Shown here: piece after piece, positions 54,971 through 64,000 of the stretch | Layout: every line of letters begins with the position of its first letter | Numbering within the stretch: position 1 is the first letter of the stretch | From: Adineta vaga | Taxonomy: Eukaryota > Animalia > Rotifera | Direction: 5' to 3' | Assembly (NCBI GenBank): GCA_021613535.1 | Contig: CP075492.1 | Location: forward strand, 9,672,001 to 9,736,000 | DNA: 64,000 nucleotides | Notes under the pieces: generated by a model | Database searches by the model: none | What the model saw: the letters and a program-made list of their open reading frames with translations, nothing else | Told to the model about the DNA's origin: nothing | Program-made: the position numbers and the translations under genes

Positions 54971-55999
54971 AATTTGTATAAAGGAAAAGTACAGTGATCG
55001 TGTTCTTCCTTTTGTTTTTCGCCTTACTGAAATATTGTAAAGATTTTACATATAAATAAATTCAATCTGTTTTGAATGTGTAATTTTGATCTAAACTGAT
55101 GCTGAGTAACGAAGTAGAATATTGATAAAAAGTTTTCATACTTATTAAGTATTTGTTTATTATTCAATCGATTGATAGTATAATGATGATGATGATCATC
55201 ATATTTTTATTGATTATTGAGTTATCTAAGACTATTTTTTGATTTTTCACATGATAAGATAAATAATATTTGATCAGTTAGAGAGAAATCTGGTGCTTAT
55301 TCACATACTTCAACCTTTATTTATTCTAATGATTTGCTAAATCATATCTTTTCTTTTTACTCAAAGGAGAATTTTGATAAGTTAGAAAACATGAAATATA
55401 CAACGATTAAAACGCTTGTTTTTGTTTTGCTTTCATGATACAATCCTTATGTTTCTTATCACTGTGATAAAAAGACTCCTAATACATCAATGTCTTATTC
55501 ACATTCTTTTCCAATTATTCGTTCTCTAACTACTATTACTCTTTTATACAAATCATCTTGTACTACATCTAAACAATAAAAAAACAATACGACGTTTCAC
55601 TCGAGTGATTTTTTATAACATACAGTCATGTGTTAGTCACAAACACAATAAAAAAATGCGTATTTTTATGAACTTCTCTTCTCGAAAATCAAAAACATTC
55701 TTTGTTCTTGTATTCTTAATTCTAGTTTAATTGTTTATTGAACATCATTGATGAAATTCTAATGTAAAATTTTACATTTTCTTTCGAAATATAAACATTC
55801 TAGTTTCAACCTTTATGTATATTTCGTTCGAAAATCAAAACATGATACTTATATTCTTATCGATCATTGGATCATTTTGCAAGTTTAGTTATAAGGGGTG
55901 TGTATACATATATAGATAGATAGATATATTATTTTGTTTTCATTCTTTTCTCATACGATAAGATAAACATATACGTACGAACAATTACACTTTATACAA

Positions 56000-57577
56000 A
56001 TGACTAGCGTAGCACATACTATGAATACAAATGATCATCATGCATCAATTCCGGATTTGATTGCTAAAAAACGTGATGGACATGAACTTCAACCTGATGA
56101 AATCAAACAATTCATCAGCGGACTTTCCAATGGTGATGTTCAAGATTGTCATGTTGGAGCTATGTTAATGGCAATTTTTATTCGAGGTACATTTATAACA
56201 CAATCTTCCATTGTATAAAATGAATATATTTTGAATTAGGTATGAGTGAAAACGAAATTTGTTCGTTAACAATGAGTATGCGTGATAGTGGTGAACGATT
56301 AAAATGGCCACAATATCGAGGTTCCGTTGTTGATAAACATTCAACAGGAGGTATTGGTGATAAAATTAGTATTCCATTAGCACCAGCACTTGCAGCATGT
56401 GAATTAAAAGTACCAATGATGGCTGGAAGAGGTCTAGGTATTACTGGTGGTACATTAGATAAACTTGAATCAATGCCAGGTTATCAAACACAATTAACAG
56501 ATGAAAAAATTATTGAACAAATTTCAACTGTTGGTTGTGGTATCTTTTCTCAATCACTTAAACTGAATCCAGCTGATCGATATTTATATGCTATACGTGA
56601 TGTAACAGCAACAGTACCTAATAATGCTTTGATTGTTTCATCCATCTTATCGAAAAAATCCATTGAAGATCTTGATGCACTTGTTCTTGATGTTAAATAT
56701 GGTACATCAGCATTTATGAAAACAGCAGAACAAGCTGAAGTTTTAGCCGAATGGCTTTTTAAAGTTTCCGAAATGTTAGGAATGAGAACATGTTGTTATA
56801 TTACAGAAATGAATAATCCTATTGGATTCTGTATTGGTAATGCTATTGAAATTCGTGAATCAATTGATCTTATGAAATACAAACCAGGTCATTCAAAAGA
56901 TTTAGAAGAGCTTGTTTGTGAACAAGGTAAACAAAAAGATTGTTATCTTTTTTCTCTTTGTAAGCAAAAACCAAGAACTAAATTTATTGATCTATTCTAG
57001 GTGGTCGACTACTTGTACTTATAAACAAAGCCGAAACAATTGAACAAGGTCGAGAAATTCTTCGTGAAACATTTAAGAATGGCACAGCTTTGAAAAAATT
57101 TCATGAAATGATTATTGGACAAGGTGTATCAAAAACTATTGCCGATCAATTAGTTGGAAATGACGAATCTATTGTAGATTCAATTTTAAAACTGGCAAAT
57201 GTACAACATCAAGCTATAGCTTTACAAAGTGGTTTTGTTCAAGCAATTGATTCATTTAAACTTGGTACTATTGTTCAACGTCTCGGTATATAAAAACGTT
57301 TATTTTTACTCTTCGAAAAATAAATTATGTCTTTTGTTTTGATTTATAAGGTGGTGGTCGATTGAAATCAACCGATAAAATTGATTTTTCGATCGGTATT
57401 CGCTTATTAAAACATATCGGTGATCCAATTAAAGCAAATGAACCATGGGCAGTTCTATATGCAAACGATGATGCCGCCACACGTTATCCGAAATATTTTG
57501 AAGATCTTAATACAGCATTACAAGTTAGTTCAACATCAGTTGAACCTTTACAACGTATTCATAAAATTTTATGCTAA
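56000..57577 (+). CDS. TYMP: Thymidine phosphorylase
   Basis: LIAKKRDG, GAMLMAI, VDKHSTGGIGDK, GRGLGITGGTLDKLES, YAIRDVTATV, SILSKK and VLDVKYG; three introns. Confidence 0.95.
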
Positions 57578-57749
57578 ATATCACATTTTATTGATGAATT
57601 CTATTCTCACTCCGTTTATTTGTTTTTCTTATGTTCTAACTTTCTTTTTCTTAAATATACAACTTTTAACTTCAAACTATTTAGTATTTCTTCATCCAGA
57701 CGACAAACGTCATTTGCTTTGATAAATTAGAAAAAGAGAAATCTTTTAT

Positions 57750-58810
57750 TTAAGTAAAACAAATATGATATAGAAGTTTAGCAATAGATAAAACTTTAAA
57801 AGGTGGTTTATCGATCAAGACTTGTGTATTGGGATATGTATTCGTAACATAAAACGTATGAAAATGTACTTTGGGATTTTCTGAATAAAGAAATTTCTTC
57901 CAACTATCATTTGGAAATATTCCATGACCAACAAAAGCAGACACATTAGTAGCACCCTTTTGTAGAAGTGCATGTGCACATTCAATAAGTGTTCCACCTG
58001 ATTGAACTAAATCATCGACAATCATACAATGATAACCTTTTGGATCACCTAGAAAGAAAATTATTTTCTTCGATCAATTTAGTTTTCGATAAAAAATTCT
58101 ATTGTTTTACCTTCTTTAATCGTTGTTTTTCGTTGATCACCTTCTCGAATTTTACTACAGATCAATACTGGATATGTTCTTTCATCAAACATTTGTCCGA
58201 ATCTTTTATGTGCACCATCATCTGGAAAGGCAATTGCATATTTTTCGTCTTGATCTTGTCGATTTTCCAATTGATGTAATAATAAACCAACTGTTGATTC
58301 CAAACGAACAATTATATTCGAAGAAAAATAAAATTGATTTTGTAATGCATGAATATCGAAAATAACGACTTCGCATGGACCTGTACGTGTTAATGGAATA
58401 GCTGAAAGCATTTGGGCAAGAGAATAAGCCGTTGCAATTTCACCTTGAATTTGAATACGTTCCATAGTACCAGTTGGAAAATAAGGTAATAGAACTTTTA
58501 ATGATCGGCAAAGATATTTTGGAAGATGGTAGAGAAGAGAAATTTGTTCGAAAATTGTTTGAGGGTTATGAAGAGAAGCAAGAAATAAAACATGACTATT
58601 ACGAATTCGTTCCGAATTACGAATAAATATATTTGGCCAACGATCAGGAAATTCTTTCCAATCGATAATACCTAATTCAATCGGATTTTCGGTACTACAA
58701 GATCGAATTTCTTCCGCTAAATTTTTCATCTCTTGTGCATAGAATAAAATCGTAGGTATGTCATCATCGACACCATGAGTATGTCGTTGATAAATTATTA
58801 ATTCAGCCAT
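57750..58810 (-). CDS. Ribose-phosphate pyrophosphokinase, class II (plant PRS3/PRS4-like)
   Basis: IDWKEFPDRWPNIFI, IFEQISLLY, LPYFPTGTMER, DIHALQNQFYF, AFPDDGAHKRF, and PRPP-binding IVDDLVQSGGT; one intron at ~58049-58108. Confidence 0.9.
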
Positions 58811-61345
58811 CGTCCGACAAGCAAAAGAATGAGATCAGATTGTTTGGTGCACTATTATGAGAATCATGTGTCATCGATCAACATTGCAGACAATTTAGAC
58901 ACAACGCAATAGTAATTATACTGCAACTACCAAGCATTTTCTTCCTCGTCTGGTGTCGCTAGTATGCATAACATATATATATATATATATATATTTATGA
59001 TAATCATATGCAATTCTAGATCTAATCGGTTTTCTTCCTTTTGTCTCTTTCAATATATACATGACTGACATCGAGATCATATTATCATTAAATTGAGAGC
59101 AACTACGAACGAAATAGAACTTGAGCTTTTGAAAATGTCACTTCAACGTATACATTTATTTAAGACGTATCGAACGAAAAAGCTCAGAATTCATAACTTT
59201 CGAAATCTAGATAATGACAAACAATGTCTATCAACAGTAAGATTTTTGTTTCTATTTCTATTGATTATTTTATTGATTCAAGAAAATAAACTTAGGCGGG
59301 CATGACTTAATTCCGATTGTTTTCTTAGAGATTGATCATTTTTTGTTGACTTTTGATTTGTGTGTGTTAAGTCGTCCTTCGAAAAAACAACAACTAACTA
59401 TTACTCAATTGTCTAATATTGTTCATCGGATAAGTGAAGATATGTGTTTATGCATGTTCGAACAAATAAATCGAAAGATCGATGATGGCACTCACATTCA
59501 ATTAATTCCATTTGATTAGATTAATTTGATTTTTTTTTATATTGAAAAAGAAAATAAGTTTGATGTGTAAATGTCGTTATATATTTAACGAATCGAATGA
59601 ATAAGCGTCTTTTCTAATCTCGAACAATACTTTCATTTCATTCGAATTGTTATGTTCGCTTAGTTAACATCGACAAACGAATTATCAATACTGTTTACAC
59701 TTTCTTGATTTGCTTGTCTGATAATTGAATAGGGAAATTGCATGTGTATATGCATGTATATATGAATTATACGAAATAGAGGCGGAACAGTTGATAATGA
59801 ACTAGACAATAAATTGTATCTGTCAGAAGATTGAGATCAATTATCTCTACATTCAGTTAGTTTAATCATTGACGATCTGGCTGATAGAGATAACTGAAAT
59901 AATGAGAATGATGTCAATAGAAAACAACATTCCTATTACACAGAAAAGTCTGTGAAAAAGAAAACGACGTTTAGTTGTTCAGAATGTTAATGCGTTCTAT
60001 CGTGTTCTTTTTTTGAAACGAATAGAAAGAGATGATGACATCTAATCATCAAAATAGATGTTAAAAATTTTGTTAGATCATTATATCACATTCAATCGAG
60101 ATCAAATTGTCTCATGTAAAGTTTGTTCTATTCGAGAAAGACAGACATGTTCATTTTCATAAATTATTTTTAATGAACAATTAAGCGAAGAATATGATGT
60201 CATTTAGAATTCAGTACATATCATCTTCAACCGTAGTGGAAATTTTTGCTGAGAGTGAATAGTTCTTAATCCAAAAAACAATATCTCATTGAAATACTTA
60301 TTCTTGAAACAAATGTATCATTCGAGGTTCATTCAGCCTAGTTATATCTCTAGAAAAGAATTCTAACCAATGAGTGTCATTTCTATTTTTTTCTTCCATC
60401 GCTTCTATTTTGATTGGTGCATAAGAACATTTTCCAATGAATCTTAGCATAGAGAAGAAAAAAAAAGAGATTAGCCAATGTGTGAATCTTGTTCGTATGA
60501 TGATTGACTTGTCATTTTGTTCATCTGACTGACAAACGTTAACATGGTAAATAAGAACTTCTCCTTTTTTTGCTTTCACTAATGAACAACGTTTTTTTTG
60601 CGTAATAACTGATGTATTATGAAATCTTTTCGTGACCCTCTTCACCTACTTTTTTCATTTATAAATTTAATTGATTATTTAACAACAATAACACATATCT
60701 ATTGAGTTTCTTTTTTCTTTTCTGTCGTCTCACATGAGTATCTTTGTTTTTCGATCTGGTCATATCAATGTTCAATGAAGCATAGCCGAGAAAAAAGAAA
60801 AAAATGACCCTTTCCCTCCTTATCGTCGTCGTCTTCGATGAGTGAACATTTCTTACGCTAATAAGAGGAGACTCATCGTTTTCTTTCTTTCTTTTTTCTT
60901 TTCGATGTGTCTCAACCGATTTATTTTACATTTTTTACGTAAGAAGAATTCACTATCATCAATTTCAAACAAGAAAAACGAAAAGATCTTCATTTCAGTG
61001 CGTGTCTTATTGATCGTATAGACTCCCTGACGTGATAATCGTTGTTCATTTTATTGAAGGGCGGTTATATGAAAGTCTTTTAAATAATGAAATTAGCTGT
61101 AATTGAGAGTAAGAGTTTGAAGAACAGGTGGTTAATGATTGCTTTAACATGTTAGCAATCAATATGATGATGAAAAAAAAAGAGAGAGAGAAAGCAGTTC
61201 TTTTCTTTTCTTTTATTCTAATTCTTTTCTTTTGCTTTTCCTTCATATCTAGATCGTTCAACAAAAGAGACATATATCAAATTCTCTTCAACAATCGTTG
61301 GTCAATACTATTAAAGACACAACACATCAAACTGTTTGGAATAGA

Positions 61346-63252
61346 ATGCAACATATGTATGCCAATGATAATTCCATGCCACAACATGATACAGGTAAGT
61401 GCGATGTAACAAAAAGATATTTTGAAAGGATTATTGATCATGAAAAAATAATGTTATGGAAAAATACAATACGAATAGAACTGAAAGAGTTCGATGAGTC
61501 ATCTGAAATATATACTGTGTAGTTTTTGTCAGGCAAAGTAATTATTCGAAATTAGAATAGATTTATTTTCTTCTAGTTCAATTTAGAAATAGTTAAAACA
61601 TTGATTTTGATTTTTATACATCTTAGATTTGTATACTCAATCAAGCCATGTCCATCAACATCCTATGCATCATCATTTACAATATTCACATGAAAATCCT
61701 TCTCTTTCACCACAACAATCTTCGACAAGTGATGCAGATGAAACTTCAACACCTCCTCCGCCACTGAATCGAACAGGAGTAGTATGTATTTTCAGCAAAG
61801 ACAAAAAAAGCTCAATCTGTCTCATAAACTTCAATTACGTCATTAAATTTTGTTCTTTTTCTTTTCTTTCAGAATGTTACCGTCTCAGCTAAAATAGTCA
61901 AGAAGAAAAAACAACCGAAAAAGAAACGTAAAGATCCTAATGAACCTCAAAAGTAAAGAAAAATCAACATGATAATTATTTTCTAAAATCGAATTGTTCT
62001 TAGACCGGTTTCTCCATATGCACTTTTCTTTCGTGATACACAGAATGATATCAAAAAGAAATTGGCTAATCCATCTTTTGGGTAAATATACAGATTAGTT
62101 TTGTGAATATTAAAAAATCTATATTTCTAGAGAAATTTCAAAAGTTGTCGCTCATATGTGGGAAAATATTGAACCTGAAACAAAAGAAGTAAGAAATTGT
62201 CTAGAAAATATGGATCTTCAGTATGATTTGTTTTTCAATTAGCAATACAAACGTAAAGCAGCTGCAGCTAAGAAAGAATATCTAAAACAATTGGCTGCAT
62301 ATCGAGCTGTACAAGTTTCACACCAAGTATGATTATTGTGTTTTGATTAGAATCTTTTGTCTGTCTATACTCATTTTAGACTCCAAATATGCATCATATT
62401 CTTGGACAAAATACTTTACTATTTGATCCAAATTCAATGCAAATTCAATCATCACTTCAACATCAACAAAAACAATATAATACTGCTGGAGTTGGTGGTC
62501 CAATGATGAGTGATAATAATAATTTCTTATCATCACCACATCATCATCATCACCACCTTGGATCTTACAATCATCATCATCATCATCACCATCATTCTCT
62601 TCAACAATACTGTCCTCCTCCTCCTCCTCCTCCACCTCCGGCTCCTCCTACAATTCAGCAACAATTTAATAATTATCATTATATGAACACTTACTCTCAA
62701 GAAACATCAAATGTTTATAATTCCGATTCACAAATACATTTTTCTAATCATCAACATCATTTTGATCCTCAACAAACCTATTCGTCTTATGATTCAAATA
62801 ATAATTATGGCGATCAACAACAATATGGTCTACTTCGACCAGCTATTGAATCTGAACTTTATTCATCATATTACACTCAATCATCAAATGATGTTGAACA
62901 TTCAACTATTGATCAATCATCCATGTCATCAATAGCAAATGAAAATTTATTACATAATTTGAATAATAATAATAACAATAATAATGCAACTACGAGTAGT
63001 AGTAATATTACTAATACTAATACACCACATTATACTGATTTAACTGCTATGCCATCATCAACACCGACAAATAATGGAATTGTTGAAAAACATTATGATT
63101 TTGTTAGTAGTATTCAACATGGTACAACAACAACAGCAACATTGAATGAAATTGATCATCATCATAAAGATGAAGATCAATCAACATTACCTCTTAGTAA
63201 TGAACATAACTTTCATTGGAATCAAACAACATGTCTAGCCACGCAGTGGTAA
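61346..63252 (+). CDS. TOX: TOX-family HMG-box transcription factor (start uncertain)
   Basis: KKKRKDPNEPQ|KPVSPYALFFRDTQ...NPSF|GEISKVVAHMWE...YKRKAAAAKKEYLKQLAAYRA, followed by a His/Pro/Asn-rich C-terminus. Confidence 0.9.
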
Positions 63253-63634
63253 TTCGTACACTTTTCTTTCTTCTCCTCTCTTTTTTTTTCGTCTCTTCTC
63301 TTTTTTTGTTGATTCAAACCAAAGCAAAAGAATTTAATAAATTATGCACTTTAGACGTCAAAAGAATACGACATTTCTCATCTGTTTATTTCTAATCATA
63401 TGATAGAATATCATCTTAGACTGAGAATTGATAATATTCATGAAAAATGAGTATATGCACGATTAAATCCGTCAATGTTAATGATCAAATTGTATAGTGA
63501 AATTTCACATTCATCGTTCAATAAAATGATAATTATCAAAATAGATCAGATTTATCAAGTTTTTAAACTATTCATGTATAGATATGATGTCTATAAAAAC
63601 AATGTCGATTCTTCTATTGTTTATTATACTATGA

Positions 63635-64000
<366 letters not shown>

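Noticed and set aside
55300-55860. Short direct repeats (ttcaacctttat; tcgaaaatcaaaa) considered as a CRISPR-like array or LTR
   Set aside because: Only pairs of 12-16 nt AT-rich matches, irregularly spaced, in a eukaryotic context.

Overview
This is a gene-dense, very AT-rich animal genomic window with many ~50-60 nt GT-AG introns. Together with bacterial-type genes interspersed among metazoan housekeeping genes, this suggests a bdelloid rotifer (inference). About 22 protein-coding genes were reconstructed by manual splicing, in order: unknown partial gene, HOIP/RNF31-like RBR ligase, CHMP1, Pierce-like small protein, EF-hand protein, EMC10, RNF121, TDRD3, nAChR alpha, importin beta, RPS13, intronless helical-TIR-SAM gene, bacterial-type YihY/BrkB, crumbs, DUF1772, MetRS, ECT2, DUS3L, ValRS, KIF3B, thymidine phosphorylase, class II PRPP synthetase, TOX and partial GAPDH. 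The most notable signals are: (i) co-oriented gene pairs only 130-290 bp apart with an unpaired splice acceptor just before the downstream ATG, suggesting trans-spliced operons, one possibly carrying a foreign gene; (ii) a shared ATF4/CARE plus GCN4/AP-1 motif cluster upstream of both aminoacyl-tRNA synthetases; (iii) cryptic micro- and terminal exons in two long crumbs introns, predicting truncated or secreted isoforms; (iv) an intronless TIR gene next to an intron-containing YihY HGT candidate; (v) a ValRS lacking its C-terminal coiled coil. No rRNA, tRNA, CRISPR array or intact transposon was seen. Gene boundaries come from hand reading and may be off by a few bases.
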